Source: Chrysomallon squamiferum
Lineage: Eukaryota; Animalia; Mollusca
Length of the DNA stretch: 64,000 nt
Direction of reading: 5' to 3'
Assembly (NCBI GenBank): GCA_012295275.1
Contig: CM022679.1
Location: forward strand, 9,920,001 to 9,984,000
Under the pieces are notes generated by a model. The model was not told where the DNA came from. It made no database searches and saw only the letters and a program-made list of their open reading frames with translations. Position 1 is the stretch's first letter. Every line of letters starts with the position of its first letter. The position numbers were made by a program, and so were the translations under genes. Shown one piece after another: positions 1-11,792 of the stretch.

Positions 1-154
1 AGTAATAAGGTATCAAACTATTTGTCTGATCCCCAAGATAAATTATCCTTTAGAAAACCAATTTATTTTCTTACATTCTCTTTTATTTTGTTTTTATACA
101 ATAAGTGTCATTTATAAATACATTTTTCTTATTCAAAAACACGTTACGCTGGTT

Positions 155-282
155 TTTGGGTGGTTGGAACGGATTAATGGTATTCCAGTTTAAGTTGAGA
201 AAACTGTCTTGATCTACGAGCAAATTGAGTTACGAGCTCAGTCACCAAATGAATTTAACTCGTAAGTCAAAGTACCATGTAT
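155..282. mobile_element. Terminal fragment of a pogo/Tigger-like (Tc1/mariner superfamily) non-autonomous DNA transposon
   Basis: The reverse complement reads CATGGTACTTTGACTTACGAGTTAAATTCATTTGGTGACTGAGCTCGTAACTCAATTTGCTCGTA. This resembles the CAGTGGTACCTTGACTTACGAG-type Tigger terminus as I recall it, and it abuts a (TA)n run. The other end was not found in the window. Confidence 0.5.
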
Positions 283-417
283 ATATATATATATTTATTT
301 ATATTTATTTTATTTTATTTTATTTTATTTTATTTTTTTTTATTTTATTTTTGTTTTATTTTGTATTTATTTATTTTATTATTATTATTTTTCATTTATT
401 GTTATTATTTTTTAATT

Positions 418-451
<34 letters not shown>

Positions 452-1239
452 TTTTTTTTTTTTTTTTTTTTTGTTATTTATTTATTCTTAAATTTTTTTT
501 TTTTTTTTTTTGCTGTAAAATCGTCCTGGACATAGTCTACGAAGGAGAAACAGCTGTACTAATTTGTTAATGTTTCACGAAATAAAATAACTGAAATCGA
601 ATATCTGGGTAGAGAGCATTAAGTAGGCCTGTCTGTTAAAATCAATACGGTTCTTCCGACTCGAATGTCTCGTGATTATGCATTTTTGTGCAACCAGGTT
701 CCTCCGTCAGTTTTAAATTTAGTTATTTCTCATCGGTATTTGAATAATGAATAGCATAATGTTAATGAGTCAGAACCTATATTTAACCCTTATTCAAAAT
801 GCCCTGGTGATAAAAACTTTTTGAAAATGATTATTTATTTATCAAATAAAATAAATGGTTATATCTTTTTACTGATTTTTCAGCATTAGTTTTAGATTTT
901 GACTCTTGTAATAACGTCAAAACGTCAAGATTCCATTTATATGTGATATTTATTTATTTATTTATTGTAATAGTTAGTGTCGATTAATGTTTTTAAAATG
1001 TTACATTAACTTTTAACATTTTTATTTTTTTTTGTCTTTTTGTCTTTTATATTTCTATATTTGTTTATTTTATTTCACTTTTATTTTTTTACTTTTTATT
1101 TTTTCTTTCCTTATGTTTTATTTTTTTTTTTTTTTATTGATATTATTTATTTATTTATATATCTGTCACTGTCGCATCCAATAATGAACAAAAATAGCCA
1201 TAATACTATTACTGTTATTATTATCATTATTATTATTTT

Positions 1240-2474
1240 TATTATAACTGTTGTTGATGTTGTTGCTGTAAATTTCCAAAAAAAATGTTAATACGTTATT
1301 AATATATGGAATTACAATTTAATATTTTAATAATGCACTTAATCTTTTCTGAATATCCTTTCATTGAATATCCCACTGTGCTTCCAGAATTTAATAATAT
1401 ATGAATAAATTTAATTAAATAAACAAAAAGGCAAACAAGTATAAGACAATTTTAATTTCGTTTGATTTCACTAACAACATATGATCACTGGTTAGTAACA
1501 ATTTTGAAAAAGTACAGACAGACAGACATATTTTATTACATATTAAATTCAATAACATAACATGCTCATATTTATAGTGTAGTTATATTTTATTACTCAT
1601 AACATGTAGCTATATTTGTTACAGAAAACTAAAAATGAGAACTAATTAAAACAACACTGAATAGTATACATTACTACTTATTATCTAGTTACATTTTTTT
1701 TATTATTGTTTTTTCTTTTTAACATAAAGGGATCCATGTATATAATATAAATATTTTTAAATTGCAATGGCCATTTATCATGGTATATTTGCCATGACGG
1801 TGCCACCTATACTTAAAACACCATATAGTTTGCTGGTTTTGTTATTTATGTATTTTGTAAAATAGATTTTTTTAATTTTTTACTTTTTTTTTTATTAAAA
1901 AAAGTCAAAAATGATTTCATCAGCATCATTATTTACTGCAGCTGCTGTCATTCATAAATTGAGCATAAACCTACATTTTTTTTTTTTAATTTACATCCAT
2001 GCTACACATCAAACAATATGGATGTATTAACAATAACAACAACAACAATAGCAACAACCCCACATTGTGTCTTTGGAATTTTGTTTAATTTTTTTTTATT
2101 TTATTGTTTGCTTTTGTTTTGATACTGGTTCTGTTTTTTGTTTTTTTTATATATACTGGTGTCTTGTGAGATGCTATGCCATGCCAAGTTTGGAAAGATT
2201 TGTTGCAGAACTTTCCACTAACTGCACAGAATATAAACAAGATTAAAAATCATAATTATTGTGTCCACTATGAAATAATGTCCATGTGTCTTTGTCCATG
2301 AAAATGAAAATTATTTCATGGTGAATGGAAACAGGTAAATATTAATAACAAGTGTATATTCAGTGCATTAATGTAACTTGGCATGTTTTATTTTTGTTTT
2401 GTTTATCTTTAAAATGTTTAATTTTAATTATTATTATTATTATTATTTTTTTTTTTTTTTTGATTATTATTATT

Positions 2475-2506
<32 letters not shown>

Positions 2507-3392
2507 TTTTTAACTATTTGTGTAATTCATGATTTTTTTCTCTGGTTATTCAATTATTGGATTTACTGCTGAATATTTCTGTTAGAACAATATGTTTCAC
2601 GTTTCATTTACACCACCTGAATTACATAAACATATATATATGTGTATAAATATGAAACAATATGATTTAACACTTCTCTCAGAAACCGAAATTTAACTTA
2701 TTTTATAATCTCTGTTAAAGGTTTCTAATTTTTGTTATATAGTCTAAAAATTAAATTAATTTTTTGTGTTACTTTTTTCTTTTCTTTTATTTTTACATAT
2801 TTTTATATTTTTTTACAAATGTTTTTTTTTTTTTTTTCTTCTTTTTTTAAAATTCTTTTAAAAATATTTAATGGCATTATATACCTTTAAATTATAGAAG
2901 ATGCGAGATTTTGTTTCAAATCTAATACATCATTTGCTTTTATTTGTATTAATTACAAATACATGTCCCAGGTAAACTATATATTATTTATGCATGTATA
3001 TATAAAGATATATAGATGCATGACTCAGTTTTGTTAAGTGTCTTTCATGACAATTACGGTTTTATTATTGTTGTCGTTTTTTTTGTTGTTGTTGTTGTTG
3101 TTGTTGTAAATTTCCACCCAAAATGTTAAGTTATTATTATATGGAATGCACTTAAGCTTTTCTGAACATTCTGAATTAATTTAATGTATGAGACAAACTG
3201 CCTCTGTGCATACAGTATTTTAAAAAATAAAAATGAATAAATAAATTATTAAATAAACAAAAAGGCAAACAAGGATAAAGAGGAGTTTAATCATAAAGAG
3301 AAAATAAACGGGTTGATCAATCTATGCTATATTTTAATTTTGTTTGATTTCACTAACAACATTTGGTTACTGGTTATATAATTTTTTTTTAA

Positions 3393-3441
<49 letters not shown>

Positions 3442-4430
3442 GGATAACATGAATTCAAAGACATCTTTATTGTGTAGCTTTTTTTATTACTCAAAATATG
3501 TAGCTACATTTGTTACAGAAAACTAAAAGTGAGAAATAAATAAAAAAACTGAATAGTATACATATATACATAAATATATATAAATATATATAGATGCATG
3601 ACTCCATTTTGTTACATTATTGAGTTACCTGTTCTGCTGGCTTGAAACCTTTCATCTTCACTATATTTTTTATTTATTTTTTATTTAACATAAATGGATA
3701 CATGCATACAACTTACATATTTTTTAATTGCAAAGGCCATTTATCATGATACATTTACCAACACAGTGCCATATATACTTAGAACACTATATAGTTTATT
3801 TATTTTTCAATATTTTTTTGTTGTTGTTTTTCTTGTATTAAAAAATCCAAAATGATTTCATCATTATTTACTACAGCTGCTGTTATTTTTAAACTGAGAA
3901 TATGTCCACATTTTTTTTTATTTTTTTTTATTTTTTATTTTTTTAATTTACATCCATGCAGACATCAAATGATATGGATGTATTAATAAATTAAATTGTA
4001 TCTCTAAAATAATAAAAATGATAAAAAAAAAAAACACAACCCCAAATAAAACATTCTTAGAGTCTTGGAAATTTTGTTGTTGTTGTTGTTGTTTTAATGT
4101 TTGTTTTTGTTTTGACACTGGTTCTGGTCTCTTTTTTTTTTTATTACTTTTTTTTTATATATATATAAATGGGTCTTGTGAGATGTTGTGCCATGCCAAG
4201 TTTGGAAAGATTTGTTGCAGAACTTTCCACTAACTGCACAAAATATAAACAAGATTAAAAATCATAATTATTGTGTCCACTATGAAATAATGTCCATGTG
4301 TCTTTGTCCATGAAAATGAAAATTATTTCATGGTGAACATAAGCAGGTAATTATTAATAACAAGTGCATATTCAGTGCATTAATGTAACTTGGCATGTTT
4401 TATTTTTGTTTTGTTTATTTTTTTAAATTT

Positions 4431-4470
<40 letters not shown>

Positions 4471-5342
4471 GTATTTGTGTAATTCAAGATTTTTTTCCTC
4501 CAGTTATTCAAATATTGGATTTACTGCTGAATATTTCTGTTAGAATAATATGTTTCATGTTTCATTTACATCACCTGAATTTATATATATATATATATGT
4601 GTATAAATATGAAACAGTATCATTTAACACTTCTCTCAGAAACTTTCTTTAAAATATCTGTTAAAGGTTTTTAATTTTTGAATAATTTTCTGGTTTTGTT
4701 ATTTAGTCAAAGAATTAAATTAAATTTTTTTTTAATTTTTTATTTTTTTTTTTTTTTTTTTTAATTTTTAATTTTTTTTTAAATAGTTTATTATTTGATG
4801 GCATTATATACCTTTAAATTATAGAAGATGAGAGATTTTGTTTCAAATCTTTTACATCATTTGCTTTTATTTGTATTAATTATCTATTATATATATATAT
4901 ATTGTTGCTTTTTTTGTTGTTTTTAAAAAAAACAAAGAAGAAAAGGCTGTAATACCATACTAAAAACATCTGACCAAAATTCTGTTTTTTTTTGGGGGGG
5001 TTGGGGTTGTTTTTTTTGTTTGTTTCTTGTTGTTTTGTTGCATTGTTGTTTGTTTGTTTTTTTTAAAAATAATATCACAAATATCATAACCTGCATTTGT
5101 AAACAAAATAAAATCATATTTTTAGAAATCTCAAATACACATGTATTAAACTACAGCCTGCCATACTCCTCTTTCTGTTTTTTCAGCTCTATGAATAAAA
5201 AAAAAAAAAAAAAAAAAAAAAGTTTTTAAAAAAAAGCAACTGCCAAACAGAATAAATAAATAAACAGAATTACTAAATGAAAATCTATATATATTCCAAG
5301 TATTATATACAAATGTATGTCCCAAGTAACTATATAATATTT

Positions 5343-5383
<41 letters not shown>

Positions 5384-5425
5384 TATATAGATGCATGACT
5401 CAATTTTGTGAATTGTCTTTCAAGA
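1240..5425. repeat. Diverged tandem segmental duplication (copy A ~1240-3050, copy B ~3075-5425) of the region just 3' of the C2orf81-like stop codon
   Basis: Collinear shared blocks: gttgttg(c/t)tgtaaatttcca (~1258/~3100); tttgatttcactaacaacat (~1461/~3343); gtcttgtgagatg...ttatttcatggtgaa (2161-2325/4173-4336, near-identical); atggcattatatacctttaaattatagaagatg (~2871/~4798); tagatgcatgactca...tgtctttca (~3013-3047/~5388-5422). Confidence 0.9.
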
Positions 5426-7058
5426 AACTCTTGGCTGCAGAGGTGGGTGTGGCACAATGGGTGGCAATGGTGGGGTTTCCTGGATTGGCCTTAGGATGGG
5501 AGTGTGGCATTCCAGAAGATCAGCAACGTCGATTGTTGATGTTTGAATCTTCGACGTCACTGGACGCAGTTTGTTCTGATGATCATCAAGAACATCCACA
5601 CGCTGAAAATACTGAAAATAAATAAATAAATAAATAAATAAATAAACAAGTTTTTAAGTAAGCAAGTGAGTGAGTAAATAAATAAACCTTATTTAAATCA
5701 GAAGAAATACATTCACACTGACAGAAATATATTTGCCTCTATATACATACACAAAAAAAATATATACAAATGTGTATAATTTTATGGTCAGAGTATCAGT
5801 GGTAAATTGTGGGGTACTGAAAAGGGTTTCTGTATTTAATATGTCACTGGGTAATCTTTTATTATTTATATACCTAAAGCAAATACTTATAAAAATAAAA
5901 CTTCATATATGCTAATAATAAATAAAACCCCATAAACATACAAAGTATAGGCAGGTTTTTTTTTACTCTATATTTCTGTTAAATCAGCAAAGCTTGACCT
6001 TCAGAAAACCCACAAACACCCCCACTTTCAGTGGTTATTTCAGATTTTTCTGAGAGCCTTTGGCTTTTCGCTGGTTCAACACAACCAGTCATTCTGTTAT
6101 ATCTATAAAATCTGCCATCAATGAACAGTTTGTCGTATCTCATGTTAACAGATTTCTTCTTCTTTCTAGCTTGGATCAGGTATGGAGTCAAACACCTTCT
6201 GGCTTGTCGGACTCTAGCACTGAAGTCCTCAGAAACACGAAATACGAAACTCTTTTCCTTTTGACCCTCCTTAAACATTTCTAGAACTTTTGTTTTGTCT
6301 TTGAAGTTCGAGAACTTCACTAAGATTGGTCGAGGGTTTGATCTTGTGTTCAGCCTGTGAGCTCTGTCGATGCTTATCTCCTTTTCCTCCATGGACAGCT
6401 CATTTTTTAACAACTCTCGGACAAGATTCTCACAGTCTTGCCTTGTTTTGATGGTGCCTGCTCTTTTCTCAGGCAGACCGAAAAATAAAAGATTTTCTCT
6501 CCTGCTGTTATTTTCTAACTTATCAATTTTCGTTTTCATGTATTCGTTTTCTTGTCTTAAGTAATAAAGTTCATTTTTCACGTCATCAAATTGCCTGTCA
6601 GTGCTAAATGATGACAGTGCTTTCTTCATTTCGTTATGAAACATTGATTTCAATTCTTCACTGATCCTATTGTCTCCCGCTCCTGCGTCTTCCCAGTCTG
6701 GAAGTGAGGAGGAGGAACACTGGCAAATAAAATAACAGCAACAGTTATACAACTGTTTGAGGTGTGCAGAATTTGGTAAATTCTTGGGTGTTTTTTTTTA
6801 AATTATTTTTCAGAAATTTTTGTTTATTTAACATTTTCAAAAAATCAATGGCTTGAACTGGAGTCATCCAAATATAGATTTCAGTTTTCTTTTTAATGAA
6901 GTCTCCATCATTCATTGTTTGTTTAGTATTCAATCTTTTTTTTTTTTTTTTTAATATATCAAAATCAAAAATATACTGCAATAAGTTAGAAATATTTTTT
7001 TTTTTATTTTTTTGCCAGTAATCCTCCTTAAATACAGAGAGAAAAGAACAGGTTTTGC

Positions 7059-7107
<49 letters not shown>

Positions 7108-10100
7108 TCTTATTTCTAAAACAAAACTGATGTAAACAACAACTAATTCATTGTCAAATAAGAAAGAAAAATCATAGCTAAAGAATATAACAGTTATGAA
7201 CACTTTTCTGTGATTTACAGAAGTACTCTGATGTTTAACTTTTAACTTTAAGCCTGGGCTCTGTAAAGTATTATATTTTCCTTTGTCTACTTATTCATTA
7301 TAACTGAGAACAGCAAAATTAATATCAGACCAAAAATCGAGAGACTGTTTATAATGCACAGAATGGTTACATTTATTTCTTTTAATTTTTTTACTTCTTA
7401 TATTTTATTTGTGTGCATTTGTATGCGTGCATAGGTCTTTGTTTTTGTGTATGTGTGTAAATCTCTGAAAGTTTGTGTGTCTGCATATTATTTTTTCTGT
7501 TTCCATTTTATCTGCTATAAATCCATAATTTCCATTATTTTCTTTTTTTATCTCCATAAGAAAACATACAAATTATCTGTGATCAATTTGTTAACAGGGC
7601 TATGAAACAAACATGATTTTGCATGGCAACTGAAGCATTCCCTTTCTTAACAAACTGCCTTAACATTTCAATAATGACACAAAGTTGTGTTGAACCAGTG
7701 CTTATATTATATTTCTTTTTTCCTTAATTTTTATTGTTACCAAATACTGGGGCTGGTATGAGGGTTAATGTAATAAAATGGACACTTACTCTTCCTGGGC
7801 CTTTCTTCACTCTGTTTCCTTCCTTTACAATGACACCTGGAGATATCTCCATAGCCTCAATCTGAGAATGAAAAGAAGTATTTTATTTTACATCACCACA
7901 CACAGTGAACTTTACTGTTTACTGTTATATGACATTATAAATATTTTTTAAAAGAATAAACACGAATAACAGTATAACAGCTGCCATCATAGCCTTTTTT
8001 TTTTTTTTTTTTTTTTTTTTCACAGCAGCAAAAGATTTATTATATATGATATTTTCCTTCTAATGAGCAACTGATTAGAGTGTGTATTAGTCACATGAGA
8101 AGGTTTGATCCTGCAAGTGATCATGCCTTAGGCCAGTAACTCATGAAAATTAAAAACAAATTTGCTGATTAAATGAAATATATTTGTTTTTATAATTCCT
8201 CAGGACTGGTTTGGAATGGGGAAAAAAGTCACAGACTGCACTAGTGAGGACTGATCAGGTTAACAATTCATACAAACAACTTTCTACATTGTAACTCGTT
8301 AAAATCTTTTTCAGTTAGCTTTGGGAGACTAAAATTGTTATATATTTACATTGAAACTTAAAATGTTCACACTTATCTTTATATAAACTATAGTTAATTA
8401 ATTAGCTGCAATACAATGATAGTATGTATGTCAGTGAAAAATATAAGAGAAAAGCTACTAACCAGAGGTGGAGGCAATGATGTCATGGTGGGTTGATGGA
8501 AGGATTTCGTAGTTTTACTTAATCGTGCTGTAAATAAATAAACAATGTTAGAAAGATAACACACACACACACACACAAAAACAAAACATTAAAAATATTA
8601 AATATATGTAAATATAATAGAATAACACACTGACAATTCATTAGACGAACACAGAAAATATTTTATGATTGTCAAATCTCTTTTTCAGCACATTTTATAA
8701 TGGTTTAAAATAAATTTTGTTTATAAAATTTTTTTTGTTCAGTATATTACGTAACAAAATCAAAAAAAATTAATGAAAAATTGAAGTTGTAAGAAAAATA
8801 ACATGTTTTTTTTTTTTTTTAATTATTTAAATACCTGATGAACTTGCTTCTGAGCTGACAGCTGACTTCCTGAGGTTTGTTCTCGTTGGCTTTGCTGTTT
8901 CAGTGGAAATAAACTTGCCATGCCTCATGGCCTCCAGCCTCCCTTGTGCTAACTCAACCGATGGGTCAATCACATGGTATTTTACTTTCACTCTGGAACA
9001 GAATAACACAATAAATAAATAAATACAGTTATGCAGTATATCAGCATCAATATGGCATCATCAAAAGTCCGTTATTTTACCAGCTAAGTTAATCAGGAAT
9101 AATCATTAGTAAGATTATTATGTTTTTGCAATGTATATTTTTTTGCAATGTAAATTTTGATAAAGATTTTATTATTTGATTATAGCTGACAATTTTTTTT
9201 AACAATTACTGCAGAACAAGAAGGAAAAAACAAAAAAACATGAAATGAGGTTTAATATTATGTCTTATAACTGTTGTATTTTAGATAGAAATATATTTAA
9301 ATACATAAATAAAAACTGGTTAACTTTTTTAACTCAGTCTGTCAGGATATAAGTCATTTTGTTAAACAACATTCTGCAACAGTTAGAGAAACAAAATTTT
9401 AAATTTTGAAAAATTCATAATAATTTTATACATCATAAATATTTTTGCTTGGATATAATCTAAAATTAGCCTGTTATCTAAACAGCCTGTTTCAAATGAT
9501 TTCGTGCATTTTTTTTTACTGAACCGTTAGGTAAAAAGTATGACAGAGAAATTAAAACACTCACCTGTGGTTTGGCAACTTCTCTGGATCCAGTTTTACA
9601 ACTGACACGACATTGCCCATCTCATCATATTCAACTTCTTTACTCCCTGGTGGTCGACCTGCTTGTACCTGCAAATCACAGAATTATTTTATTATGATAA
9701 AGAGTGGCAACAAGTAACTCACTGTACTTCATTATTAACAGATAAACAAATAATACAGTCACTCTGATCTTTAAGAAGACTTAGATTAGTTGCAAAGACA
9801 ATTTTAAAGTGTGCATAATTATTTAAATGTACATTATCAACCTGTTGTGTGTGTTTTAAAGATCCTCTGAAAAGTGCAGTTTAAAAATATATCGGATATA
9901 TTTGTTAACTGTTCGTAACTGCTGTTATTGTTTATATAATAACACACACACTCACTCATACTGATTTACACATGTGCATACTCTGTTTATCATACATACA
10001 TACATTAATACTCATTCTCACCTACAGACACACACAAATGCACATAAAAAATATACTTTTTCTTTCTTTTTCAAGCAAATACATACATAAAAAATGGAAA

Positions 10101-11759
10101 CACATAAACCACAATATTGATATAACGAGAAAAACAGTAAATCAATATTACTGAACAACTGAAAAATAATTGCACTTTTATAAAAAAAAAAAAAAAAATT
10201 TAAACCAAAATACAATTTATTTTAAAAATGGCAACAAAATGAATGTCAAAACTGTTCTTGAAATGATCATGTAATTATTGTAATTCTTTCTACACTTTAT
10301 ATTTAACCTTCATAGATTCAGTTAATCTAATCTCATCACTAATCACAAACTCTGAAATAATCATTTCTAGAACAACTTTTGGGTTCAGTTACAAAAATTT
10401 TAAAAAGAAAAAGAAATTAGAAAAAAAAAAAAAAAATGTTGAATTGATAACTGTTAAAATGCAGAACAATACCATTTCAAAAGAAAGAAAACAAGAACAA
10501 TAATCAACATGCCTCCACTTAAATTAAATGAAATAACCGTTCATAAACTAATATAGACTGGCTCATTATTTCCAAAAGCAGAAAATAAATATATCTTGAA
10601 TAATTAACTGTAATGTATTGGTTTTGATTAGGTAAGAAAGCTTATCAGCAGCATACTACATACTGTTGGCAATAGGTTCCCATTACTAAAGATTATAATT
10701 TACAACTAGATATCTCTTGCTTACTGTGAGTAAAAGCTAACACTGGTTTTAATATTAACAGACTTTCAATTACTGGATTTAATATTAATGATAATAGACT
10801 ATAGCATGTTAGTAGACTCTGACTGAACCAGCGTATAAAAGAACTAGCACACACTTTCAAGGTTTACCTAAATGATCAAATACAAAAATTATTTTGTAGA
10901 GTCTTGACTCAGCATACAAAAAATTATATGTTAATAATAGCTGTAAAGAATTACTGATAGTTTGTTTATAGAAAATTTTGTCATCTTTGTTTAATGAAAA
11001 CTGTTTTTAATGTGAAATCCTTATTCTTAAAATGTTGGAACTATACTAAAATAAATACTAATATAAAAGCAACTTATTTATGATAAAAAAAATGTATTAA
11101 TACATTTTTTTATTAAAAAAAATTGAAACTGACCAATGTAACTAAAACTGAACTATTATTAAACAAACAAAATTGTAAATATAAAACATGAATTTTTTTA
11201 TGATGCATTCCCTAACTAAAAACTGTTAACAATATGAAACACTATGTTAAGACAATAGAGCTACTGATTGAAATAAAAAAATGATAATAAAAAATAGAAG
11301 ATTTTAGTAAATTCTGTTGATAGCAACAATATAAACTATTCATTCCTGCTGTATACCTGAGAGACTGGTTCAGAGACAGTTTCCTGAAAAGTTGTCAAAA
11401 AATCCCTGAATATTTGTTAATTAACAATGCAAAATTTTCATGTCCCCACACATTCATCAAAATAATTTTTAAATATTCCAAAATTAAAAAAAAAAAAAAA
11501 AAAAAAACATAAAATACAACGTTAATCATTTTCAGAATGTAAACAACTGTGCATAGGGTTTCAGAATTATTAAGAGAAATGTCTTTCTTTCAATGAGCAC
11601 AAAATCATTACAAATTATTAATAAATAGGCACAAAGCTTGATCTATATTTACAATTTGAATCAAAACCATATCTGCAATGAAGTCTATTCATACAGTGAC
11701 ACTAACAAATATTTTTTGTTTTAATTTTAGACATCATGTAAGAATATAATTATGTTCTG

Positions 11760-11792
<33 letters not shown>

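Noticed and set aside
225-5229. Numerous Phe/Tyr/Ile-rich ORFs in the track
   Set aside because: They are translations of poly-T and (TAT)n/(CA)n tracts, with no domain motifs or exon structure.
5395-5625. Plus-strand 76-aa ORF
   Set aside because: It is the antisense shadow of the C2orf81-like terminal exon.
5979-7203. Full-length autonomous LINE, or an ORF1-ORF2 pair using ORF 6745-7203
   Set aside because: The upstream ORF is (TG)n/poly-A low complexity. No APE or RT motifs were seen on either side.
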